Source: Candidatus Bathyarchaeota archaeon (lineage in GTDB: Archaea > Thermoproteota > Bathyarchaeia > Bathyarchaeales > Bathycorpusculaceae). Taken from it: a DNA stretch of 64,000 nucleotides. The stretch lies in assembly GCA_963702095.1 (NCBI GenBank), contig OY969706.1, forward strand, positions 2,336,001 to 2,400,000, in the 5' to 3' direction. Position 1 is the first letter of the stretch; each line of letters opens with the position of its first letter. The notes under the pieces are model-generated. The model worked only from the letters and a program-made list of their open reading frames with translations. It was not told the DNA's origin and made no database searches. Both the position numbers and the translations under genes were made by a program. Positions 39,252 through 49,331 of this stretch are shown in pieces.

Positions 39252-39529
39252 GGTTCCTGCCTCTATATCTCCAGTTCTTAAAAACTAAGCTGCAAATAAA
39301 TAAAAAGATTGTGGTGTCAATAGCGACTGTTACAGCAAGCAGTGCACAGTACCAGAGGCTTGGACGTATTTGGATCCTAATGTCCAAGGCATGCAGAAAA
39401 CCTATGGAGGGAAGTGTTCTCTAATTGGGAAGGTTTTATGAGAGATATTCCCTCAGCAATAGTGGCGGACCTTTTTTTGTAGGTATGGAACGGCAGGTTG
39501 ATATTTGATCGTGCCATGAACCGCTTCAG

Positions 39530-39622
39530 ACAAAGGAAGCTTTTCAGAGCCAAATGCAATACCTAAAAGACAACGGCTTCACAATAAGAACAATGAGCCA
39601 AGAGTTCCTCAAACAAGAATAA
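39530..39622 (+). pseudogene. C-terminal remnant resembling a polysaccharide deacetylase
   Basis: TKEAFQSQMQYLKDNGFTIRTMSQEF resembles the F..QM.YLK.NG..T motif; no N-terminal part. Confidence 0.5.
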
Positions 39623-39728
39623 TTAGTACTGATGACCTAGTTTTCCAAGCGCGCTGTAGTTACATCACTGTTGATACATACTCTAAAATTCCGCAGAATA
39701 CTTCCACTGTTTAGAATGAGGTATTTTA

Positions 39729-40592
39729 TTGGCAAAACTCGTTGTAAACGGAGCCGAATTATTCTACAAAGAATGGGGCAACGGTCAACCAGTCGTTTTT
39801 AGCCATGGCTGGCCACTAAATTCAGATGCGTTTGAAGATCAGATGTTCTTTTTAGCTTCCCACGGATACCGCTGCATTGCGCATGACCGCCGTGGACACG
39901 GACGCTCAAGCCAACCCTGGGGTGGCAACGACATGGACACTTACGCCGACGACCTAGCAGAAGTAATTGAGAAAACCCATGCGGAAAACGCAATTCTCGT
40001 CGGACACTCAACGGGCGGCGGCGAAGTTGCCCGCTACATCGGAAGGCATGGAACAAGCCGAGTCTCAAAAGTCGTGTTGATTAGCGCAGTACCTCCAGTA
40101 ATGCTTAAGTCATCCAATAACCCCGGGGGATTGCCGATGTCTGCTTTTGACCAGATCCGCGCCGCTGTCTTAGCTGATCGCTCACAGTTCTGGATGGACC
40201 TCTCCATGCAGTTCTATGGCTACAACCGCCCAGGCGCAAATGTCTCCAAAGGTGTTCGGGACGAGTTCTGGCGTGAAGGCATGATGTGCAGCCTGCCAGC
40301 GGCGTATTTCTGTATCAAAGCGTTTTCGGAAACTGACTTCAACGACGACCTCAAAAAAATCGATGTTCCAACCCTGATTCTCCATGGTGACGACGACCAA
40401 ATTGTTCCCTTTGCGGATTCAGGTATGCTTTCGTCAAAGATAATCAAAAATGCCACTTTGAAGGTCTACAAGGGCGCACCACACGGTATGTGTACCACGC
40501 TTAAGCAGCAGGTCAACAATGACCTTTTAGCATTCATTAAAGGCGAAATGGCGCCTAGCAGCAGAGAGACTATGCCGATGCAACCTGCTTAG
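39729..40592 (+). CDS. Non-heme chloroperoxidase/perhydrolase (alpha/beta hydrolase)
   Basis: [34 protein letters not shown]. Confidence 0.92.
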   Translation: MAKLVVNGAELFYKEWGNGQPVVFSHGWPLNSDAFEDQMFFLASHGYRCIAHDRRGHGRSSQPWGGNDMDTYADDLAEVIEKTHAENAILVGHSTGGGEVARYIGRHGTSRVSKVVLISAVPPVMLKSSNNPGGLPMSAFDQIRAAVLADRSQFWMDLSMQFYGYNRPGANVSKGVRDEFWREGMMCSLPAAYFCIKAFSETDFNDDLKKIDVPTLILHGDDDQIVPFADSGMLSSKIIKNATLKVYKGAPHGMCTTLKQQVNNDLLAFIKGEMAPSSRETMPMQPA

Positions 40593-40640
40593 CCCCTTTT
40601 TTCTTTGTTTAGAACCAAAAAGGAAGAAGATAGCTTAGAG

Positions 40641-43600
40641 CTACCATTTTTTCCAAGGCAAATCATCCATGTACTCGTTTAAGGAGCGGATGCTGTTGCC
40701 GTTCTGGTTTTTCTGTTTCATAACATCCACCAACGCCTGCGCTAACTGGAGATTGGTGATGACGGGGATGTTGAATTCTACTGCTTGGCGTCGGATTGTG
40801 TAGCCGTCGGTTATGATCTCGTTTATGTTGCTGCGGCGGTTGGCAATGGGCACGTTGATAACGAGGTCGATTTTGCGTTCTTGAAGAAAGTCGAGAATGT
40901 TGGGTGTTACGTCGGGGTCTTTGACTTTATGCAGCACCGTCGCTGCTACGCCATGGGCACTTAAGACTTTGGCTGTGTTTGCGGTAGAGTAAATTTTGAA
41001 GCCCATATCTGCAAACGCCTGTGCGATTGGGACCACGCGGGCTTTACGTTCGACATCGCCGCCAACGCTGATAAGCACTGAGCCGCCTCTGGGAGGAATC
41101 GTAAACTCCGCAGACTGCAACGCCTTGGTAAAAGCATCTGCAAAACTTTCGCCGAGACACGCCACTTCGCCAGTGCTAAGCATCTCCACGCCTAAAACGG
41201 GGTCGGCACCGCTGAGCCGCATGAAACTGAACTGAGGCACTTTGACGCCCACGTGAGGTGCAACCTGCATGGGGGAGAGTTGAACGCCGTCGATTTTTTT
41301 GCCCAGCATCGCCAAAGTTGCGAGGTCAATGAGGTTTATGCCTCTGCATTTGCTTACAAAGGGCATTGAGCGGGAGGCGCGGAGGTTGCATTCGATGACG
41401 TTGACGACGTCGTCTTTGACGAGGTATTGGATGTTGTAGGGTCCGTGGATTCGCAGCGCTTTAACGATTTTTATGGTTGCGGTTTCGATGTCTTTCTGCA
41501 CTTCTGGTTTGAGTGCTTGCGGCGGGATAGTCATGGTTGCGTCGCCGCTGTGGACGCCTGCGTTTTCAACGTGTTCCATGATGGCGCCGATGAAAACGTT
41601 ATCGCCGTCTGAGACACCGTCAACTTCGACTTCTTTGGCTCGGGTGATGAATTTGCTGATAACCACCGGGTGGTCACGGGAAACCTTCGCAGCCAAATTA
41701 AGGAAGTTCTCGAGTGCGACTTCGTTGTAGGCGACACGCATCGCTGACCCTGAGAGCACATAGCTGGGTCGCACCAGTACAGGGAAGCCGATTTTTGTTG
41801 CAAACCGTTTGGCTTCTTCAATGCTCTGGAGCTTGCTCCAGCTGGGCTGGTGGATGTCAAGTTGATCGAGTAGCGCGCTGAATTTGCTGCGGTCTTCTGC
41901 CAAATCCACGTCCTGCGCAGATGTGCCCAATATGTTTGCGCCTGCCTCGCAGAGGGGCATGGAAAGGTTGTTGGGGATTTGTCCGCCGACGCTGGTGATG
42001 ACGCCCATGGGGTTTTCTTTGTCGTAGATGTCTAGGATACGTTCAACTGTGAGTTCTTCAAAGTAGAGTTTGTCAGAGATGTCGTAGTCTGTGCTGACGG
42101 TTTCAGGGTTGTAGTTGACCATTATGGCTTCTTTTATGCCGTTTTTCTTGAGTGCCCAAACCGTGTTGACGCCGCACCAGTCGAATTCCACGCTGCTGCC
42201 GATGCGGAAAACGCCTGCGCCCAAGACAATGACTTTGCTTTGGGTTTTGCTGAACTCTATGTCGTCTTCGTCTCCGCCATAGGTCATGTAGAGATAGTTG
42301 GTTTTCGCCGGCCACTCTGCCGCTAAAGTGTCAATTTGTTTTACGACTGGGAGGATTTTGTTGTTTTTGCGGTAGGTGCGGATGGTGGCTTCGTCGGTTT
42401 TTTGGCACACTGCGATTTGCTGGTCGCTGAAGCCGATACGTTTGGCTTCGCGGATGACTTCGGCTGCTTCGGAAGTGGCTAAGTTGAGGGTTTTTAGCTC
42501 CTGTTCCATGTTGAGGATGTTTTGGATTTTGTATAGGAAGAAGGGGTCGACGCCGCTTATACGGTAAATCTCCGTGATGGGGATTCCGATTTTTAGGGCT
42601 TTGCCGATTTTGTAGAGTCGCTCATCAGTTGGGTGCGCCATTTCGTCTCTGAGGCGCTCTTCAGATTCGGGTTCGTTATCTTCAGGGTTGCAGACTAAAC
42701 CGATTTTGCCTGTGTCCAGCATGCGCACGGCTTTTTGCAGTGCCTCTTCGAAGCATCTGCCAATAGCCATGACTTCGCCGACACTACGCATCTGTGGTCC
42801 AACGTGGCGGTCGGCGTTGCGGAATTTCTGGAGGTCCCAGCGGGGGATTTTAACGGTTATGTAGTCCAGTGCGGGTTCGAAGCATGCGGTTGTGACTTCG
42901 GTGACTTTGTTGATGAGTTCAGGCAGCGTGTAGCCTAAAGTGAGTTTGGTTGCGATGTAGGCAAGCGGATAACCTGTGACTTTGCTGGCTAAGGCGCTGC
43001 TACGTGACATTCGGCTGTTGACTTCGATGACACGGCATTCCTCTGATTTGGGATGCAGCGCCCACTGTATGTTGCATTCTCCGACTATGCCTAAAGCTCG
43101 GATAGCGTTAATGGAGATGGAGCGGATCTGGTGATATTCGCGGTTAGTCATGGTCTGCGAAGGCGCCACAACTATGCTGTCGCCAGTGTGGATGCCCATG
43201 GGATCAAAGTTTTCCATGTTACAAACGGTTAAACAGTTATCAGCGTAGTCACGCATAACTTCGTACTCAACTTCTTTCCAGTGCCCCACGTACTCTTCGA
43301 CGAGGACTTGGCGGATGCGACTCTGGGCGATGCCGATGGTAGCGATCTCTTTGAGTTCCTTCTGGTTATGGGCAACGCCTGCGCCTTTACCGCCCAACGT
43401 GTAAGCAACTCGGACCATGACGGGGTAGCCGATTTCGTCGGCGATTTCGAGCGCCTGTTTGACGCTGGTGGCGGTTCTGCTCTTTAGGTATGGGATACCT
43501 GCTTTCTGCATGGCTTGGCGGAACCGTTCACGGTCGCCTGTGTCTTCGATGGCTTGGACAGGGGTGCCTAAAACTTTAACGTTGTATTTTTGGAGGATGC

Positions 43601-43916
43601 CTGTTTTTTCGAGTTCTAAGCCGCAGTTAAGCGCGGTTTGCCCGCCGAAGCCTAAGAGGATGCCGTCGGGGCGTTCTTTAGCGATGACTTTTTCAACGTA
43701 TTCTGGGGTGACGGGGAGAAGGTAGACTTTGCCGCTGAGGCGGGGGTCGGTTTGGATGGTGGCGATGTTTGGGTTGATGATGACGGTTTCTATGCCGTCT
43801 TCTCGCAGCGCTTTTAGGCATTGGCTGCCGCTGTAGTCGAATTCGGCTGCTTCACCGATTTTGATGGCGCCGCTGCCTAGAACAAGGACTTTTTTGATCC
43901 AGTCGAACTTGGGCAT
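40641..43916 (-). CDS. carB: Carbamoyl-phosphate synthase large subunit
   Basis: EFDYSGSQ, two ATP-grasp halves, MGS domain. Confidence 0.97.
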   Translation of the reverse strand: MPKFDWIKKVLVLGSGAIKIGEAAEFDYSGSQCLKALREDGIETVIINPNIATIQTDPRLSGKVYLLPVTPEYVEKVIAKERPDGILLGFGGQTALNCGLELEKTGILQKYNVKVLGTPVQAIEDTGDRERFRQAMQKAGIPYLKSRTATSVKQALEIADEIGYPVMVRVAYTLGGKGAGVAHNQKELKEIATIGIAQSRIRQVLVEEYVGHWKEVEYEVMRDYADNCLTVCNMENFDPMGIHTGDSIVVAPSQTMTNREYHQIRSISINAIRALGIVGECNIQWALHPKSEECRVIEVNSRMSRSSALASKVTGYPLAYIATKLTLGYTLPELINKVTEVTTACFEPALDYITVKIPRWDLQKFRNADRHVGPQMRSVGEVMAIGRCFEEALQKAVRMLDTGKIGLVCNPEDNEPESEERLRDEMAHPTDERLYKIGKALKIGIPITEIYRISGVDPFFLYKIQNILNMEQELKTLNLATSEAAEVIREAKRIGFSDQQIAVCQKTDEATIRTYRKNNKILPVVKQIDTLAAEWPAKTNYLYMTYGGDEDDIEFSKTQSKVIVLGAGVFRIGSSVEFDWCGVNTVWALKKNGIKEAIMVNYNPETVSTDYDISDKLYFEELTVERILDIYDKENPMGVITSVGGQIPNNLSMPLCEAGANILGTSAQDVDLAEDRSKFSALLDQLDIHQPSWSKLQSIEEAKRFATKIGFPVLVRPSYVLSGSAMRVAYNEVALENFLNLAAKVSRDHPVVISKFITRAKEVEVDGVSDGDNVFIGAIMEHVENAGVHSGDATMTIPPQALKPEVQKDIETATIKIVKALRIHGPYNIQYLVKDDVVNVIECNLRASRSMPFVSKCRGINLIDLATLAMLGKKIDGVQLSPMQVAPHVGVKVPQFSFMRLSGADPVLGVEMLSTGEVACLGESFADAFTKALQSAEFTIPPRGGSVLISVGGDVERKARVVPIAQAFADMGFKIYSTANTAKVLSAHGVAATVLHKVKDPDVTPNILDFLQERKIDLVINVPIANRRSNINEIITDGYTIRRQAVEFNIPVITNLQLAQALVDVMKQKNQNGNSIRSLNEYMDDLPWKKW

Positions 43917-45061
43917 TAGTTGACCTCCAAGGTTTTAGCGAATTTGTCAAACAAGAGTTCAGTGTCGTAGGGTCCCGGCGACGCTTCAGGATGCCACTGC
44001 ACGGCGAAAACAGGCTTGTTTTTGCAGCGGATGCCCTCGGTGGTTTTGTCGTTGGGGTTGATGAACCAGGGTTCGAGACAGGTGTTTTTGAGTGAATCCA
44101 GGTTTATGGCGTAACCGTGGTTTTGGGTGGTGATGTAGCATCGGTTGTTGTATAAGTCTAGTGCCGGCTGGTTTTGGGCGCGGTGGCCAAATTTGAGTTT
44201 GTATGTGTCTCCGCCTAAGGCTAAGGCGAGGATTTGGGCTCCGAGGCAGATGCCCATTAGCGGGGTTTTCTCGCTGAGTTCCCGGATGGCGTCGATGGTT
44301 TTGACACATTTTTTGGGGTCGCCTGGACCGTTGCTTATGAATACGCCGTCTGGGTGGTAATCCAAGATTTCTTTAGCTGAGGTGTCATAGGGGACGCGGA
44401 CGACGTTTATGCCTCGTTTGAGGAGGTTGCGGATGATGCTGTACTTGACTCCGCAGTCGATTAATACAACGGTTTTTTTGCCATCTACACTGTAGGATAT
44501 GGGTTTCTTCACGGATACTTCTTTAACGAGGTCGGTTTGGTTGGGGTCAGCGATGTTTTGGCTGCTTTTAAGCATCGATTCTAAGTCTGGTTCAACGTCT
44601 TCTTCGAAAACCTGCAGGACCCCCAGCATGACACCGTGGGTTCGCAGTTTCTTTGTGAGGCGTCTGGTGTCTACGCCGTAGATGCCGGGGACGCCTTCGT
44701 CGGCAAGCCACTGATCTAGGGTGCGTGTGGATGCCCAGTGGAAAGGTTCCAGACATAACTCGTGAATAATTAAGCCTTGAGGCTGAATGTGATCGGATTC
44801 GAAAAAGAGCGGCAGCCCACGATCCATAACTTTGTCTGGGACGCCGTAGTTGCCAACCATGGGATAAGTGAAAGTTAAAACCTGCCCCTTATATGACGGG
44901 TCAGTTAAGGCTTCAGGGTACCCCACCATCTGCGTGGAGAAAACAACTTCGCCTGAAATTTTTGCTGTTGCGCCAAAACCTTTACCGGTAAATGACGTTC
45001 CGTCTTCGAGAAGCAGAACCGCTTTTTTATTATTCTTCAACGTGCTATGTTGTGGAGCCAA
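43916..45061 (-). CDS. carA: Carbamoyl-phosphate synthase small subunit
   Basis: LTDPSY.GQ, SNGPGDP, GICLG, QWHPEASPGP. Confidence 0.97.
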   Translation of the reverse strand: MAPQHSTLKNNKKAVLLLEDGTSFTGKGFGATAKISGEVVFSTQMVGYPEALTDPSYKGQVLTFTYPMVGNYGVPDKVMDRGLPLFFESDHIQPQGLIIHELCLEPFHWASTRTLDQWLADEGVPGIYGVDTRRLTKKLRTHGVMLGVLQVFEEDVEPDLESMLKSSQNIADPNQTDLVKEVSVKKPISYSVDGKKTVVLIDCGVKYSIIRNLLKRGINVVRVPYDTSAKEILDYHPDGVFISNGPGDPKKCVKTIDAIRELSEKTPLMGICLGAQILALALGGDTYKLKFGHRAQNQPALDLYNNRCYITTQNHGYAINLDSLKNTCLEPWFINPNDKTTEGIRCKNKPVFAVQWHPEASPGPYDTELLFDKFAKTLEVN

Positions 45062-45097
45062 AGCCCTATTACACCTATCAGTCTGAATTTTTAAGTT

Positions 45098-46588
45098 TTA
45101 CGTTTTCTTGCTCGTTGAGCGAGTGTATTCTTTAACAGTACAGTTGAGTGCGGTTTCGGCGGCGGCGAGGTCTGCTTTGAGTTTGGCGATGCCGGCTTTG
45201 CTTTCGGCGACGGCTTTTGTTTTTGTCTTGAGTGCCCTTTGAACTTCCGCGGGTGAAGGTCCGCCTTGCACTTTATATGTTTCGATTATTTTGCGTAAAT
45301 TTGTGCATGAAACTATGTCTTCGCCTCTAACCGCCAGCTTGATTCCCGCCGTTTCCAGGGCAACGTTAGCCAAGAGTTGAGGCGTGACATCGCTGAGCGT
45401 CTTGTTTTCGTCAATTAATGCCTTGACGAGTGCCCCAACGATCTTGTGTGAGGTGCGGAAAGCCACATCGTACTTGCCGACCAGCATGTTGGCGACTTCG
45501 GTGGCGGCGACAAAGCCCTTTGCAGCTTTCTCCTCAACTTTTTCTGTCTTGACTTTTATGTTGGGTACAAGCGCCCCAAAGATGTGCAGCGACGCTTCCA
45601 AGTTGTCAGTCACTGCCCAAAGCTTCGGCGTAACCTCTTGAAAATCCAAGTTGTACGTTGTCGGCAAACTCTTCACAATGGCAGCAGCAGCAACGAAATC
45701 GCCCAAAGCATAGCTTGCCCGTGCCCGGATGACTTCGAGGACTTCAGGGTTCTTTTTCTGGGGCATGATGCTGCTGGTCGAGGTGAATTCGTCGGGTAAC
45801 TCTATGGTGCCGAATTCGGTGGAGCTCCAGATGATGAGGTCTTCGGCGAAGCGGCTTAGGTTAATTGCCAACAGCGCCAGAGTTGCTTGGGTTTCGATGA
45901 TGAAGTCTCGGCTGCCCACTGCGTCAAGCGAGTTCTCCAAGACATCACCGAAGCCTAGGAGCCACGCGGTTTTTTTGCGGTTAATCGGGAAACTCGTAGT
46001 TGCCAAAGCACCCGCACCCAAGGGGCACAGGTTTACCCGTTCGTAGGCGCTTTGTAGCCGTTGCAGGTCGCGTCCCAACGCGTCGAAATGGAACAGCAAG
46101 TAGTGCGCGTAGGTTACGGGTTGCGCGGCTTGCAGGTGAGTGTACTGGAGGATGATTGTGTCGGTGTGTTTGGCAGCGGTTTCGAGGAGCGCCTGCTGCA
46201 TGCTAAGGATTTCCTGCATGATGCAAAGCATTTCTGTGCGCAGAGCCATGCGGATGGCGGTTGCGGTTTGGTCGTTGCGGCTTTTGGCGATGTGGAGGTT
46301 CCCGCCGACTTCAGGACCCGTCTCCGCCAAGACGGCTTCTTCGACTGCCATGTGCACGTCTTCGGCGTTGGGGTCAAGTTGGGCACTGCTGAGTTTCTGG
46401 AGGGCACACAGGAGTTTTACGCCGTCTTGCTGCTCTATGATTTTTTGTTCGAGGAGCATGGCGACGTGGGCTTTGTTGATGGCTAAAACAGCGTCGGCTA
46501 AGCGTGCGTCGTCTTTGCGGGACGAGCAGTATTTTGCTACATCCCCTCGGACATCGCCTAGTCTTCCGCCATGCAGCATCTTTGACAC
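45098..46588 (-). CDS. argH: Argininosuccinate lyase
   Basis: SRNDQ, THLQAAQP, SSIMPQKKNP. Confidence 0.95.
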   Translation of the reverse strand: MSKMLHGGRLGDVRGDVAKYCSSRKDDARLADAVLAINKAHVAMLLEQKIIEQQDGVKLLCALQKLSSAQLDPNAEDVHMAVEEAVLAETGPEVGGNLHIAKSRNDQTATAIRMALRTEMLCIMQEILSMQQALLETAAKHTDTIILQYTHLQAAQPVTYAHYLLFHFDALGRDLQRLQSAYERVNLCPLGAGALATTSFPINRKKTAWLLGFGDVLENSLDAVGSRDFIIETQATLALLAINLSRFAEDLIIWSSTEFGTIELPDEFTSTSSIMPQKKNPEVLEVIRARASYALGDFVAAAAIVKSLPTTYNLDFQEVTPKLWAVTDNLEASLHIFGALVPNIKVKTEKVEEKAAKGFVAATEVANMLVGKYDVAFRTSHKIVGALVKALIDENKTLSDVTPQLLANVALETAGIKLAVRGEDIVSCTNLRKIIETYKVQGGPSPAEVQRALKTKTKAVAESKAGIAKLKADLAAAETALNCTVKEYTRSTSKKT

Positions 46589-46612
46589 GTCTTAGCCTCC
46601 ATACAAGAAAAG

Positions 46613-47836
46613 TTAAGGTTTTTTGGCTTTAGCTTTGGGCTTCTTGCTTGCGGCTTTAAGCGAATTATACATCCGCGTCTGCAGCCCCCAGAGTTCAATG
46701 AAGCCTTTGCTGTAGCTTTGGTTGAAGCTGGTTTTGATGTTGTAGTTGGCGAGGTTTTTGTCGTATAGGCTGTTGGGTGAACTGCGTCCGATGACGATTA
46801 GGCTGCCCTTGAAGAGTTTGAGTTTGACTTCGCCGGTGACGTTTTCCTGTGAGTGGTTAATGTAGGCGTCTAAGTCGTCTTTGAGCGGGTCAACCCACAA
46901 CCCCGCATACGCCAAAAACACCCATTCTGCGTCGATTTGCTGTTTAAAGAGCACTTGATGTCGGGTCATAACCATCTTTTCAAGGTCCTTGTGGGCTTCC
47001 AAAATAACCAGCGCCGCTGGGCACTCGTAGACTTCGCGTGATTTTAAGCCGACGATGCGGTCTTCGATGTGGTCGATTCTGCCGACGCCATTTCGCCCAG
47101 CGACCTTGTTCATTTCTTCGATGAGCGCGAGGGGCTTCATTTTTTTGCCATTAACCGAGACGGGCACGCCTGCTTCGAAGCCGATGGTAACCACTTCCGG
47201 GGTGTTCGGCGCCTTCTCAGGCGAAGAAGTCCACTCATAAGCGTCCTCAGGCGGCTCATTGTTTGCGTCCTCAAGTAGTCCGCATTCGATGGCGCGTCCC
47301 CAAACAGAAGCATCTATGCTGTATTTTTTAGCGTTTTCACAGATGGGAATGCCTTTGGTTTTGGCGTACTCGATTTCTTCGTCACGTGTTAAACCCCATT
47401 CACGGACGGGGGCGAGGATTTGTTTGTCTGTTGCTAAAGACCCCAATGTGATGTCGAAGCGGACTTGGTCGTTTCCGCGTCCCGTGCAGCCATGCGCTAA
47501 GCCGTTTGCGCCTTCTTTCTCTGCGATTTCCACCATCTTTTTGGCGATGAGGGGGCGGCTTAGGCTGGTGCTGATGGGGTATTTGCCTTCGTAGAGGGCG
47601 TTGGCTTTGATAGCGGGGAAAATGTAGTCTTTGCAGAACTCTTCTTTGGCGTCGATGCTGAAGTGTTTTAGGACGCCGAGTTTATGTGCTTTTTCCTCTG
47701 CTGCTTCTAAGTCTTCGCCTTGACCTACATCGACTGTGACTGTGATGACTTGGGCGCCAAGTTTCTCTTGGAGGTACTTGATTAACACGGATGTGTCTAA
47801 TCCGCCGCTGTATGCTAATACGTATTTGTCGGTTAT
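46613..47836 (-). CDS. argG: Argininosuccinate synthase; true N-terminus extends upstream of the ORF-track start
   Basis: In-frame ITDKYVLAYSGGLDTSV precedes the called start; HGCTGRGNDQVRF; start is ATA at 47836, or ATG at 47852 if the G5 run is miscalled. Confidence 0.93.
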   Translation of the reverse strand: MTDKYVLAYSGGLDTSVLIKYLQEKLGAQVITVTVDVGQGEDLEAAEEKAHKLGVLKHFSIDAKEEFCKDYIFPAIKANALYEGKYPISTSLSRPLIAKKMVEIAEKEGANGLAHGCTGRGNDQVRFDITLGSLATDKQILAPVREWGLTRDEEIEYAKTKGIPICENAKKYSIDASVWGRAIECGLLEDANNEPPEDAYEWTSSPEKAPNTPEVVTIGFEAGVPVSVNGKKMKPLALIEEMNKVAGRNGVGRIDHIEDRIVGLKSREVYECPAALVILEAHKDLEKMVMTRHQVLFKQQIDAEWVFLAYAGLWVDPLKDDLDAYINHSQENVTGEVKLKLFKGSLIVIGRSSPNSLYDKNLANYNIKTSFNQSYSKGFIELWGLQTRMYNSLKAASKKPKAKAKKP

Positions 47837-48045
47837 TTGCTTGTTCCCCCATTTTTTGTTTGGAACTGTTTTCCTAACCTCAGGGGCTGTATTTTTAAAG
47901 GTTGCGACTTTTTTGTTACTTAATAAGCTTTAAATGTCTTATTTGGGACATTTATCAGAAGAGTTTACGGTTCATTTCCTTAGTATTTAGTGGCTGCTCA
48001 ACCCTGTTTTTCCAAACAAAAGAATTTGAAGAAAAAGAAACTGGA

Positions 48046-48189
48046 TTACTGCTCTTTTGATTCAGATTTCATATCCCTCGGTTTCTTTCTCTCGGAAATT
48101 AGACCTACTGGATTCTTAGCTTTCCTTTCCAAATAAGCAGCATATTGCTCTGGCGTAAAGTCTTTCCTAAACTTATGTTCTTTACCCAA
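48046..48189 (-). CDS. 47-aa charged small protein (not in ORF track)
   Basis: GGAG SD, TTG start; MGKEHKFRKDFTPEQYAAYLERKAKNPVGLISERKKPRDMKSESKEQ*. Confidence 0.5.
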   Translation of the reverse strand: MGKEHKFRKDFTPEQYAAYLERKAKNPVGLISERKKPRDMKSESKEQ

Positions 48190-48224
48190 ATTTTGTTTCT
48201 CCTGCGCCGCTGCCACCTAAATGC

Positions 48225-48398
48225 TCAAACTAGGGATGATGTCTTGCTATATCTAAATTTTACCGCAATAAACAGCGTCGCAACAAGCAAAGGCACAATA
48301 GCCAACCAAGATAACTCTGGAACGGAAGGAGATGGATTCGATATTAAGGTTGGATTAGGTAATATATTAGCGGTCGGGATAATGATGCTCTGAGTAGT
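48225..48398 (-). pseudogene. Orphan C-terminal anchor segment (VPEL-TM-basic, PEF-CTERM-like)
   Basis: TTQSIIIPTANILPNPTLISNPSPSVPELSWLAIVPLLVATLFIAVKFRYSKTSSLV*, start-less, right after the stop of 48400..49218. Confidence 0.6.
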
Positions 48399-48399
48399 T

Positions 48400-49218
48400 C
48401 TAAGGTGGTGGGGGCGGAGGAAAAGGTCGTCCGTTAATCAAACTATCGGTCTTTCGCCGTTTTATAATTAATAAACAAATAACAATAATCAAAACTGCAA
48501 AGATTAGGAAAGCTAAAATCAATAGAAAAATTATATCCGATGAAAAGAGACTTGCCCACCCTAATGTTAATGTCTGAGTGTCACTCCAACCGCTATCTGC
48601 ATATGAGACAAAATCCACTCCTGTTGGATACAGGAAAGCATAAGTTGTATATTGATAGCCAAAACTTGCTTCAACTTGAAAGTCTTCTTGACCGCCTGCT
48701 GGAATATAGACGTCAGCATACCCCATAATTATGTCGTTTGGGGAGCCTATAACTAAAGTCACAACTGTGTAATCGGAAGTTGATGCAAATACTCGAGTGA
48801 AAGAATTACCACCTTCATAAGTCGCTGTTGAAGTCCAAGGAACATTAGACGACCACCAATAATCCGAAAAGTGTCCCTTGGTGCGGATTGTATAGTACAT
48901 TTTCTCCACAGTACCGTTTGCCAAAGTAACAGATGTTAACGGGGGATTTACTATCTTTATGTCAACAGTTTCGTTTTTCACATACTGACCGCCACTTGTG
49001 TGGGTTAGTTGTTGACCTGAGAAAGGGTCTGTTGTTTGCGTTGTAGTAATTGGAGCCGTGTAAGAACGGTCGACAAATGTAACCGTAAACTCAGGAACAG
49101 ATGGTTTAGGTATTGTTTGAGCATTTGTAGGTTTAACTGTTAACAGGGTCAGACATGACATAGCGATGATTAAAGTTAGTAGTAATGCGAGAGTCTTGCT
49201 GATTTTACCCATATCCAA
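48400..49218 (-). CDS. Secreted, C-terminally anchored surface protein (PSVP.FTV family)
   Basis: Signal peptide, KPSVPEFTV, KGHF, SGWSDTQT, TM, poly-Pro tail. Confidence 0.8.
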   Translation of the reverse strand: MDMGKISKTLALLLTLIIAMSCLTLLTVKPTNAQTIPKPSVPEFTVTFVDRSYTAPITTTQTTDPFSGQQLTHTSGGQYVKNETVDIKIVNPPLTSVTLANGTVEKMYYTIRTKGHFSDYWWSSNVPWTSTATYEGGNSFTRVFASTSDYTVVTLVIGSPNDIIMGYADVYIPAGGQEDFQVEASFGYQYTTYAFLYPTGVDFVSYADSGWSDTQTLTLGWASLFSSDIIFLLILAFLIFAVLIIVICLLIIKRRKTDSLINGRPFPPPPPP

Positions 49219-49331
49219 TTATTGACTATAGAAGCGATTAATAGTTTACTCAAATGGCTGCCTTTGAAGGCGACTCAACCGGGGCATTAAATAAGCTTTA
49301 AATGTTCCAATTGATACATCAAAGAAACATT

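Noticed and set aside
47682-47852. Arg-rich out-of-frame ORF from ATG 47852 overlapping argG, as a possible arginine-sensing leader
   Set aside because: That shifted frame is Arg-rich throughout this genome (many shadow ORFs in the track), so the enrichment is not specific
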